Below, piece after piece: positions 43,338-51,355 of a stretch of 64,000 nucleotides of DNA (position 1 is its first letter; every line of letters begins with the position of its first letter). The position numbers and the translations under genes were made by a program. The notes under the pieces are model-generated. The model did no database searches. It was not told the DNA's origin and saw only the letters and a program-made list of their open reading frames with translations. This DNA comes from an uncultured delta proteobacterium (lineage in GTDB: Bacteria; Myxococcota_A; Polyangia; Polyangiales; Polyangiaceae), in the NCBI GenBank assembly GCA_963716725.1, contig CAVQUB010000006.1, forward strand, positions 160,001-224,000, given 5' to 3'.

Positions 43338-45319
43338 CCGCGCTGACGGTCACCGAGGTCCGCAACGCGCTGCGGTGCCCGCGGGTCTTCGCCCTGGGGC
43401 GGCGCTTCTCGAAGCGGGTGGTCTTTCCGGTCGGCTCCTCCGCGCTCGGCTCGGCCTTCCACCGCATCGCCGATCGCTTCGCCACCAGCACGTCACACCT
43501 GCCGAAGCGCTTCGGAGCCCTGCTCACCTCCGCGCCGGTGGATGAGATCAGCGACGCGCTCTGCGGGGTGTTGCTCCGTCATCTCGTCGACGAGCTCGAC
43601 CGGACTCCCGCCTACGCGTCGATGCCCGCCGAGGTGGACGATCTCGCGGAGGCCCTTCGCTCGTACGCGGGCTACCTCGCGCAACGGATCGCGCGCCGGC
43701 CGGGCGACCTGGCCGAGGTGCTTCGGCGGTTCTTGCACGACGCGGAGGTCTCGGTGCGCTGCGAGCTGTCGACGTCGGCGGGGCCGGTGGAGCTCTCGGG
43801 TCGGATCGACGCGATCCATGCGCCCGACGAGCACTCGTACGAGGTCGTGGAATACAAGCTCACCGACGAGTCGACGGAGGAGCTCGACCGGGCTCAGGTC
43901 GCGCTCTACCGGCACATGCTCCAGCAGGACAAAGCGGCAGTGCCGATCATCCTGCGCTTCGGACCGGGGCTCGTGACCACGCGACTCGAGCCCCAGGCGG
44001 CGGACGCCTGGGTCGAACGCGAGCTACTGCCCCTGCTCGGAGCCATGGTGACCTGGGTGGCGAGCCCGGAGCGCGCGCCGGCGACGAAGCGCACCGACCT
44101 GTGTCCTGCCTGCCCGCTCCGCGCCGAGTGCGTCGCCCTCTATCGCGACGCCGTTCCACCTCGCGACGATCCGCCCGCGAACGCCTGTCGTCCCCGACCC
44201 AGCCCGCAAGGCGAGGTCGCGTTGCCGGATCGGGACCAGCGAGGCTCTCCACCCAGCAGGCGCCCGGCGGCAGATCCGTCAGCGCTCGCGGAGGCCACTC
44301 GCCTCGTCGATCTGGTCGTCCGCCTCTACGCTGATCAAGGTGTCGCGGCCGCCGTGCGCAAGACCCCGCGCGTGGGCTCGCGCCTCATCCGCATCGAGCT
44401 GACCGCTAGCCGCGGGAGCATCAGGGATCTCGACCGTGGAAGCGCCGACGTGCTCCACCATCTGGAAGCCGATCACGCCGTCCGGGCGAGCTACGGTCCC
44501 GAAGGAGCGCGACGGGTGATCGACGCGCAGCGCTCGGCGCCGAGCACGGTGCGCCTGGCGCCGCTACTCGAGCGGTGCCGGGAGTGGCTGCGGGCTCGTC
44601 CGGGCCGCTTCATTTTGGGTGAAGACGTCGATGGCGAGCCGCTGCGCGCCGATTTGGGCGAGCCCACCGCGTGTCACCTGCTGATCGGCGGCACGACGGG
44701 GAGCGGGAAGTCCGTCTTGCTCAAGTCGATAGCCGCTGGCCTCGCCGAATACCAACCCCCAGCGGCGATCCAACTCACCCTGATCGATCCGAAGCGCGTG
44801 ACGTTCACCGGCGTCGAGGCCGCGCTCGGCGGCCACCTGGCCCGTCCCGTGTGCTTCGACGCGAACGAGACGGTCGCGATACTCCACGACCTCGTCACCG
44901 AGATGGAGGACCGTTACGAACGCTTCGCTGCGCTGCGCGTCGAGACCATCGATGACCACAATGCGGCATCCGCCCCGTGCGACGTCCTTCCCCGACACGT
45001 GCTGATCATCGACGAGTTCCAGGATCTGCTCGCTACCAAGGAGACCAAGGAGGACTTCCTGGGCTCCGTGCAGCGTCTCGGCGCGAAGGCGCGCGCGGCC
45101 GGCATCCACCTAGTACTCGCGACCCAGCACCCCGATCGAAAGACCGTGCCCGCCGCCATCAAGGTCAACCTGACAGGCAAGGTCGCGCTCAAGGTGCACC
45201 AGGCCACGGATTCGCTCGTGGTGTTGGGCGCGCGCGGGGCAGAGACGCTGCTGGGCAACGGCGATCTGCTCGCGGATCTGGGCCGAGGGATCGTGCGTGC
45301 GCAGGGCCCACTGCCCTGA
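43334..45319 (+). CDS. PD-(D/E)XK (RecB/Cas4/AddB-like) nuclease fused to FtsK/SpoIIIE-type ATPase (operon gene 3)
   Basis: RCP, GSAFH, GRID, VVEYK, QVALY, CPACPLRAEC; then HLLIGGTTGSGKS, IDPK, IIDEFQDL, ARAAGIHLVLATQHP, GAETLLGNGD. Confidence 0.9.
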   Translation: MTALTVTEVRNALRCPRVFALGRRFSKRVVFPVGSSALGSAFHRIADRFATSTSHLPKRFGALLTSAPVDEISDALCGVLLRHLVDELDRTPAYASMPAEVDDLAEALRSYAGYLAQRIARRPGDLAEVLRRFLHDAEVSVRCELSTSAGPVELSGRIDAIHAPDEHSYEVVEYKLTDESTEELDRAQVALYRHMLQQDKAAVPIILRFGPGLVTTRLEPQAADAWVERELLPLLGAMVTWVASPERAPATKRTDLCPACPLRAECVALYRDAVPPRDDPPANACRPRPSPQGEVALPDRDQRGSPPSRRPAADPSALAEATRLVDLVVRLYADQGVAAAVRKTPRVGSRLIRIELTASRGSIRDLDRGSADVLHHLEADHAVRASYGPEGARRVIDAQRSAPSTVRLAPLLERCREWLRARPGRFILGEDVDGEPLRADLGEPTACHLLIGGTTGSGKSVLLKSIAAGLAEYQPPAAIQLTLIDPKRVTFTGVEAALGGHLARPVCFDANETVAILHDLVTEMEDRYERFAALRVETIDDHNAASAPCDVLPRHVLIIDEFQDLLATKETKEDFLGSVQRLGAKARAAGIHLVLATQHPDRKTVPAAIKVNLTGKVALKVHQATDSLVVLGARGAETLLGNGDLLADLGRGIVRAQGPLP

Positions 45320-45390
45320 GCAAGTCGCGCGGGGCTCGGAGGCGGCGTGCGTCGGGCACCGGACGCGGCGTGCTATCTTCTCCCGGAGCC

Positions 45391-45969
45391 ATGGTCCTCG
45401 GCGCGCCCCACCACCGGCACACGTTTCGCGACTACCTCCATGTCGAGGAGATGAGTGCGGTCAAGCACGAGTATTTGGCGGGAGAGATCTTCGCCATGGC
45501 CGGGGGCACACCGGAGCATGCCGCTCTCAGCGCCGCGTTCCTGACGCTCCTCGGTCCGCAACTGCTCGGCAGCAAGTGCCGTTCCTACTCGGCCGACCTT
45601 CGCCTCCGCGTTCCCGCCACCGGGCTCGCGACCTACCCCGATGCCGCCATCGTCTGCGGCGATCTCGAGCTCGATCCCGAATCTTCAACCCACGTCACCA
45701 ACCCCAAGGTTGTCGTCGAAGTGCTCAGCCCGAGCACGGAGGAGTACGACCGCGGCGAGAAGCGTGAGCACTACCAGCGCCTCGCTTCGCTCGCACAGTA
45801 CGTGCTGGTCGCACAAACGCGGGTGAGAGTCGAGGTTTTCTCCCTCGCCGACGACGGATCATGGACGCATACCGTCCATTTTGCGGGGGAGCTCGTGGAG
45901 CTTCGGTCAGTGGGGTGTCGCTTCGCTGTCGACGATCTCTACGCCGCTGCCGGTGTGCGCCTCGACTGA
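45391..45969 (+). CDS. Uma2 family (DUF820) endonuclease
   Basis: KHEYLAGEIFAMAGGTPEH, YPDAAIVC, VVEVLSPSTEEYDRGEK..Y. Confidence 0.92.
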   Translation: MVLGAPHHRHTFRDYLHVEEMSAVKHEYLAGEIFAMAGGTPEHAALSAAFLTLLGPQLLGSKCRSYSADLRLRVPATGLATYPDAAIVCGDLELDPESSTHVTNPKVVVEVLSPSTEEYDRGEKREHYQRLASLAQYVLVAQTRVRVEVFSLADDGSWTHTVHFAGELVELRSVGCRFAVDDLYAAAGVRLD

Positions 45970-45988
45970 ACTCCGGTCACGTGACGGG

Positions 45989-46023
45989 CTACGACCACTT
46001 TCGTCGCATCGCGCGGCTACGCT
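45989..46023 (+). promoter_or_regulatory. WYL-activator (DriD-like) operator followed by a -10-like element
   Basis: CTACGAC-N7-GTCGCAT at 45989-46009; TAcgcT at 46018-46023. Confidence 0.6.
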
Positions 46024-46039
46024 CGGCCTCGAGTCCCCC

Positions 46040-46357
46040 GTGCCCGACGCTTTCCTCCGACTGCTGCTGCTGCTCAGCGAAATACCGGTGGCACCCCAGC
46101 GCATCGATACCTGCACGCTCGCGCAGCGACTCGAAGCCCAGGGGGTCCGCGTGACGCGCCGCACCCTACAGCGCGATCTGGAGCGACTCTCGCGCCAGCT
46201 CCCGTTGACCCGCCACGACGACGCCAAGCCCTACGCTTGGGCCTGGCTCGAGTCCGACCTGCGGCCGGGCCGCGGCAAGCAGACGGAGACCCTGCGGGAG
46301 GTGGCGGCCCGCGCGGCCTCACACATCAGGCGGTCGAGCGGCTGTTCGCCCGACTGA
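46040..46357 (+). CDS. Stand-alone winged-HTH similar to the N-terminus of the adjacent WYL protein
   Basis: TLAQRLEAQGVRVTRRTLQRDLERLS...KPYAWAW versus TLQRRLEEEGITVTARSVQRDLERLS...KPYQWSW. Confidence 0.7.
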   Translation: MPDAFLRLLLLLSEIPVAPQRIDTCTLAQRLEAQGVRVTRRTLQRDLERLSRQLPLTRHDDAKPYAWAWLESDLRPGRGKQTETLREVAARAASHIRRSSGCSPD

Positions 46358-46403
46358 TGCCCGTCCTGTCCCAACCACGCGGACATCGCCTAAGGTCGGT
46401 GGC

Positions 46404-47462
46404 GTGCCTCGTTCCGGATCCGACGTCGAGACGCTCCACCGCCTCTGGTCGTTGCTCCGCCACGTGCCGCGGTCACCGCGGCGGGCCGACACGGTGACGC
46501 TGCAGCGCCGGCTCGAAGAAGAAGGCATCACCGTCACGGCGCGCAGTGTGCAGCGCGATCTCGAGCGGCTCTCGGCGCGATTCATCACCCTGCAGTGCGA
46601 TCGACGGTCGAAGCCCTACCAGTGGTCGTGGGACGGCGACGCGCCGCTGGTCGAGATCCCCGGCATGGGCGTGCCGGCGGCGGTGACCTTCGAGCTGGTG
46701 CGCGCCCACCTGCACGACGCCCTGCCCCGATCGACGCTGGCGAGCCTGGAGCCGCACTTCGCCCGTGCGCGAGAGGTGCTCGCTCGGCACACGAGCACGC
46801 CCCTTGCGCGTTGGCTCGCGAAGGTGCGAGTCGTCCCCCGCGGCTACCCGCTCGCCCCGCCCAACGTGCCGCCTCACGTGCTCGACGTGGTCTACGGCGC
46901 GTTGCTCGAAGAGCGCCGCTTCCGAGCCTTGTACAAGAAACACGGGGCGAAGGAGGAAAAGGAGTACGTCGTCAGCCCGCTGGGCCTGGCCGCCCGCAAC
47001 GGCATCCTGAGCCTGGTGTGCACGTTCTGGGACTACGACAACGTGAACCACATGCTGCTCCATCGCATGCAGCGGGCCGAGCTCCTCGACGAGCCGCTGC
47101 ACCGACCCCGCGGCTTCGATCTCGACGCGCACCTCGCGAAAGGCGGCGTCGGCTTCGCGCGCGGCGAGCCCATCCGCCTGCGCGCTCGCGCCCACTACGA
47201 CGTCGCCGTCGTGCTGCGCGAGACGCCCATGGGCAAGGACCAATCCCTGTCGCCCGACGACGAGCAGCACGAGCTGCTCGAAGTGACGGTGCCCGACACC
47301 ATGGAACTTCGCGGCTGGCTGCTCAGCTACGGCCCGATGATCGAGGTCCTCGAGCCTGCCGCGCTGCGCGAGGACTTGGTCCGGACCATCACGATGACGG
47401 CAGAGACCTATGCCAATCCCAGGGCCAAGCCGGCACGGACCGCCCGCAAGCCGCGCCCCTAG
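46404..47462 (+). CDS. wHTH-WYL-WCX transcriptional regulator
   Basis: N-terminal HTH (RSVQRDL), WYL-type VVSPLGL..LSLVC..LHRM, WCX-type GWLLSYGPMIEVLEPAALRE. Confidence 0.92.
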   Translation: MPRSGSDVETLHRLWSLLRHVPRSPRRADTVTLQRRLEEEGITVTARSVQRDLERLSARFITLQCDRRSKPYQWSWDGDAPLVEIPGMGVPAAVTFELVRAHLHDALPRSTLASLEPHFARAREVLARHTSTPLARWLAKVRVVPRGYPLAPPNVPPHVLDVVYGALLEERRFRALYKKHGAKEEKEYVVSPLGLAARNGILSLVCTFWDYDNVNHMLLHRMQRAELLDEPLHRPRGFDLDAHLAKGGVGFARGEPIRLRARAHYDVAVVLRETPMGKDQSLSPDDEQHELLEVTVPDTMELRGWLLSYGPMIEVLEPAALREDLVRTITMTAETYANPRAKPARTARKPRP

Positions 47463-47510
47463 CCGGAAGCCGTTTGTCCCCGGGATTTCGCGCAATTGTC
47501 ACCGCGCTGC

Positions 47511-47539
47511 TTGACATAGTGCTCGCCATTGTCCATGTT
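47511..47539 (+). promoter_or_regulatory. Sigma70-like promoter of tRNA copy 2
   Basis: TTGACA-17 bp-CATGTT. Confidence 0.55.
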
Positions 47540-47570
47540 CGCGCGCCCTTCCGGTTCTGGCCGGAGGTTT

Positions 47571-47644
47571 CGGGGCGTAGCGCAGTTTGGTAGCGCGCAC
47601 GGTTCGGGTCCGTGAGGTCGGCAGTTCGAATCTGCCCGCCCCGA
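47571..47644 (+). tRNA. tRNA-Pro(CGG), copy 2
   Basis: Identical to 38723-38796. Confidence 0.95.
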
Positions 47645-47866
47645 CAAAACCCCGAGTTGAGCGTCGCGGGACACGGCAGCGAGTTCCGACGACGGTTAGC
47701 TCGTTACCACTCTGTTGCCAGTTGCTGCGCCGAGCCTGCCGACGGCGTCGTGCCACAATATTGCCACCCACGCCGCCTCGGAACTCGGGAGCTGTTTCCC
47801 GCGGTTCCGGCCCCCCCGCCCGGGCCCGCTCATGCTACGCTTCCCGATCGGCCTCCGGAGCCCCAC

Positions 47867-48349
47867 ATGCAGAACTACTACGTCGTCCTCGGCGTGCCTC
47901 GCGACGCCTCCAAGCGCGAGCTCGCACGCGCCTACCGCCGTCGCGCCGTCGTCCACCACCGGACGAAGGTGATCCAACTCGAAGATCACCTGAACTACAT
48001 GGCCGAGGCCTACGCCACGCTCGCCGATCCCGAGAGGCGCGCCGCCTACGACGCCGAGCGCTGGGGCTACCCGGCCGAGCTCCAGGACCGCGACGCGCGC
48101 GACCGGCGTGAGGGGCGAGTGCGCGTGCAGATCGCGCGGGAAATGGCCGTCGTCTCCTCGCGCACCAGCGCGCTCGCCCTGGCCGCAAACGCCGAGCGTG
48201 TGCAGGCCCTCGCCACCGAGCACGACCTGCGCGAGGCCCGAGACCGACGCGCGCGACGACGCCGCGATCTGGCGGGTCGCGCCCCGGGTGTCCTCATTCT
48301 CCTGGGCCTGGCGCTGGCGGCCTGGCTGGCCCTCTCGCGCTTGCTGTAG
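47867..48349 (+). CDS. J-domain-like membrane-anchored protein lacking HPD
   Basis: NYYVVLGVPRDAS..AYRRRAVVHHR..EAYATLADPERRAAYD; C-terminal TM. Confidence 0.8.
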   Translation: MQNYYVVLGVPRDASKRELARAYRRRAVVHHRTKVIQLEDHLNYMAEAYATLADPERRAAYDAERWGYPAELQDRDARDRREGRVRVQIAREMAVVSSRTSALALAANAERVQALATEHDLREARDRRARRRRDLAGRAPGVLILLGLALAAWLALSRLL

Positions 48350-48433
48350 CCAGAGCCGAGCCACCGCCCTCGATCCCACTTCGCGGGTCGGGGCCGAGTC
48401 GGGGCCTCGGTCACACTGCCCGCGTCCGATCCG

Positions 48434-49294
48434 ATGCCCGACGTGCGCCGGATCTTCGCCCTCCTGTTCGTGCTCGCCCTCGCCCTGACCTGCAAGCCGG
48501 CGCGGGCCGCCGAGGAGACACCGGACTGGGACCGCGCCCGGGTGGCGGCCGACCTCCGGGCGGGCAAGCCCCTGGTCGTGCACGTGACGGTGGCGCTCTG
48601 CTCGAACCGCCAAATCGACTGCGGCAGCGGCATCGCCGGTCGCGCCGGGAACCTGAGCCACAACGTATACTGGGGCGCGATCTTCGGGGCACGACGCTTT
48701 CTCGAGATGAAGTCCAGCGGCTGGGAGCGCGTGAGTCTGGGTAAGATCGATGACACCGTGCTCGAGCGCGCCGTGTACCGGCGGCGAGTGCCTGCCAAGC
48801 GCTGGGACATCGATCGGAAGGACCCCATCGAGCAGCTGGTAGTGCTCGATGCCGTGCACGGCGATCGCATCGACCAGGCCGTCACCGGCTTCTGGAAAGG
48901 CGCGACCGGCGGCGAGAAGCTGACGATCCGAGATGGTGAACGCCAGCGCGACGTGCGCGTGCACGTCGCGGGATACGTCGGGCACAACCGGCTGATGGAC
49001 GGCGTCGATCTGCCCGAGCAAGGCGCGTCCAGCGGCGACGCCGCCATCCCCTCCTTCGTACTCGCGTGTTACTCGGAGCAGTACTTCGGCAAGAAGCTGC
49101 GCCGCGCGGGCTCACGACCCTTGGTCATGACCAAGCAGCTGATGGCGCCCGAGGGCTACTTGCTGCACGCCGTGCTCACTGGCATCGGGGACGGCAAGAG
49201 TTCGAAGCAGATCCGACTCGGCGCCGTGCAGTCCTACGCAAAGTGGCAGAAGCTGTCCCACGGCACTGCTTCGTGGATCTTTGCCGGCAAGTGA
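48434..49294 (+). CDS. Hypothetical exported protein
   Basis: Signal peptide; NVYWGA, GYVGHNRLMD, FVLACYS motifs. Confidence 0.75.
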   Translation: MPDVRRIFALLFVLALALTCKPARAAEETPDWDRARVAADLRAGKPLVVHVTVALCSNRQIDCGSGIAGRAGNLSHNVYWGAIFGARRFLEMKSSGWERVSLGKIDDTVLERAVYRRRVPAKRWDIDRKDPIEQLVVLDAVHGDRIDQAVTGFWKGATGGEKLTIRDGERQRDVRVHVAGYVGHNRLMDGVDLPEQGASSGDAAIPSFVLACYSEQYFGKKLRRAGSRPLVMTKQLMAPEGYLLHAVLTGIGDGKSSKQIRLGAVQSYAKWQKLSHGTASWIFAGK

Positions 49295-49327
49295 GCCCGC
49301 GCCCCCTCACGCTTCGAGCGCTGGCCC

Positions 49328-49855
49328 CTACCCGGCTGCGATCTCGGCGCGCAGGCGCTCGGCCAGCCGCTCGAGTTCGGCGTCGTCGCAGGGCAGCTCG
49401 ACGTAGTCGAGGGGATCCGGCAGCGCGAGGGCGATGGCCGACAGGCAGGTATCCCGGATGCACGCGACGACGTGCGGCGAGTCAGCGCGATCGATGAGGC
49501 CCCGCAAGAGCGGCCAGTGCCCCCGCTCGGCCGCTTCGAGCTTTCCGACACCGCCGATGACGACCACGTCGGCCGGCTGATCCGACAGCGCTCGCGCGAG
49601 TTCGAAGCCCGCCTGCTCGAATTTGTAGCCGCAGAGATCGGGGTCCTGAGAGATCCGAGCGAGCACCCCGACGCGCTCGGGATCGGTCACGCTCGCGATG
49701 TCCCAACCGAGAGTCTCGCCCGCGTCGTCCGAGACGTCGTTCTGAACGAAGCCCGCCACCCTGAGCCCGCGCGCCTCGAGCAAGGCCGCCAGCTTGCGCG
49801 CTGCGCGGCCCTTTTCGGTTCCCGCCCCGCCCACGATGGCAGACCACTGAGTCAT
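49328..49855 (-). CDS. DUF2478-like NTPase-fold protein
   Basis: GLRVAGFVQ, ADVVVIGGVGKLEAAERG. Confidence 0.7.
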   Translation of the reverse strand: MTQWSAIVGGAGTEKGRAARKLAALLEARGLRVAGFVQNDVSDDAGETLGWDIASVTDPERVGVLARISQDPDLCGYKFEQAGFELARALSDQPADVVVIGGVGKLEAAERGHWPLLRGLIDRADSPHVVACIRDTCLSAIALALPDPLDYVELPCDDAELERLAERLRAEIAAG

Positions 49856-50925
49856 CTCTGGTTTCGCACTTTCCGCGCGCGGATCACGGCGCTGGCATTG
49901 ACGCCGATGAATAGCACGATTGTCGCGGCGTTGCCGATGCCGCCCATGGTCCGCAACGGCGCGATGCCCCCGAAGTCACCGGCCCAGCGCAGGGCGAGCG
50001 AGAGCTGAAGCAGCGCGAGGTGCAGGTAGAAGATCGGGCTGTAGGCCAGCGACGTGCCGAGCACCGCGGGGAAAATCACCGGGGCGTGGGCGAAGACCAT
50101 CGAGAAGACGAAGCCGAGCATCAACGCATGCACGAAGGCGTCGTAGCGAGCTCCCGCCGGATCACCCTGGGCCAGGAGCATGGCGAGCGCGCCCGCCGCG
50201 AGCCAGAAGTAGCCCGCGATCAGGGCCACCGCCATGAAGCGAGTGAGCCCGCGCTTCTTCACCGTGTAGCGCGCCACGTCGAACACCGCGAGCCACGCCG
50301 ACATCGCCAGGAGTCCCGCGGCCAACACGCGCCGCGAGTCGTCGAGCCCAGCGCTGAGCAGCGCGGCGCCCCCGATCACCGCCGTCACCACGGCGACGAA
50401 CCCGCGCCCCGCATTCGGGCCGGGCACCATCACGCGACCGAGTTCGCGACGTTCGGCGAAGATCGTCAGCGTCAGAAACGCGATCAGCCAGGGCAAAACC
50501 TTCTGACTGGGTGCGCCCAGCGCCCAGCTCAGGTTCGCGACTGTCCACGCGACGCCGGCAGCAACCAGCGTCACCGTGAAGTCGGCGACGTGGCGCCGCG
50601 CTAGGGAGAGATTGACTGCCGAGAAGCACAGCGCGCTCGCGGTGGCCGTCCAGGCCGCGACGCCGCCCTGCCCCGCGAGGGCGATGACCCCGCCAGCGCC
50701 GGCGAAGAGCGGCGCGGCGTAAGACCATTTTGCTCCGTGCGCGACAGCGCGCTCGAGCCCTATCAGCGTCCCGAAGAAGCCCGACACCATCAACACGCCA
50801 TGCAGAGGCGCGGCAGCTGCCGCGGGCTCCGCAATGACCACGCCCATCCGTGCGAGACCGGCGGCGATCCCCGACAGCAGGCTAATCGCTGCAAGGAACA
50901 AGAAGGGCAGCCGAGCGAACTTCAT
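49852..50925 (-). CDS. NnrS-like polytopic membrane protein
   Basis: HGVLMVSGFFGTLIGLERAVA, HALMLGFVFSMVFAHAPVIFP; many TM helices. Confidence 0.65.
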   Translation of the reverse strand: MKFARLPFLFLAAISLLSGIAAGLARMGVVIAEPAAAAAPLHGVLMVSGFFGTLIGLERAVAHGAKWSYAAPLFAGAGGVIALAGQGGVAAWTATASALCFSAVNLSLARRHVADFTVTLVAAGVAWTVANLSWALGAPSQKVLPWLIAFLTLTIFAERRELGRVMVPGPNAGRGFVAVVTAVIGGAALLSAGLDDSRRVLAAGLLAMSAWLAVFDVARYTVKKRGLTRFMAVALIAGYFWLAAGALAMLLAQGDPAGARYDAFVHALMLGFVFSMVFAHAPVIFPAVLGTSLAYSPIFYLHLALLQLSLALRWAGDFGGIAPLRTMGGIGNAATIVLFIGVNASAVIRARKVRNQR

Positions 50926-51239
50926 CGACCAGCGCCGAAGGCACCCGCGACATGCTCCGCCATCAAGCCCGGGTGCCAGGGCGGTTCCCAAACCAGCTCG
51001 ATCTCGACCTCAGCGAGTTCCGGAACCTGTACTTCGATGGCGGAGCGAGCCTGGTCCATGATGAAAGGCCCGAGCGGACACGCGGGGCTCGTCATCGTCA
51101 TCTGGATCGAGGCGCGCGCGGCCTCGACGTCCACCGAATAGACCAAGCCAAGGTCGACGATGCTGATTCCGAGCTCCGGATCGTCCACGCCACGAAGCGC
51201 TCCCCAGATCCGCTCGGTGATTCCCGGCGCGACTGACAT
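50922..51239 (-). CDS. Metal-sulfur cluster assembly factor (DUF59/SufT-like)
   Basis: DPELGISIVDLGLVY, MTMTSPACP, LVWEPPW. Confidence 0.92.
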   Translation of the reverse strand: MSVAPGITERIWGALRGVDDPELGISIVDLGLVYSVDVEAARASIQMTMTSPACPLGPFIMDQARSAIEVQVPELAEVEIELVWEPPWHPGLMAEHVAGAFGAGR

Positions 51240-51355
51240 GGGCGAATCCTGCGAAACGAGCGGGCGAAAGGGAAGCCCCGGCCAGGACGATTTATCCGAA
51301 GGGGCGCATTAGGGCGGGTGCGTCCGCCCATTCGAGCGGGTAGACTCCACAGGTC

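Larger units (their letters stand above)
38797..47570. mobile_element. Putative genomic island between duplicated tRNA-Pro genes; no integrase seen
   Basis: 82-bp exact direct repeat (38722-38803 and 47570-47651); accessory nuclease, ATPase and WYL content. Confidence 0.6.

Noticed and set aside
43334..44150. cas4 of a CRISPR-Cas locus
   Set aside because: No cas1/cas2 or array in the window, and the domain is fused to an FtsK-type ATPase.
44600..45319. Housekeeping cell-division ftsK
   Set aside because: No TM domain or gamma domain; accessory context.
38797..47570. Prophage or autonomous ICE
   Set aside because: No integrase, relaxase, T4SS or virion genes recognised.
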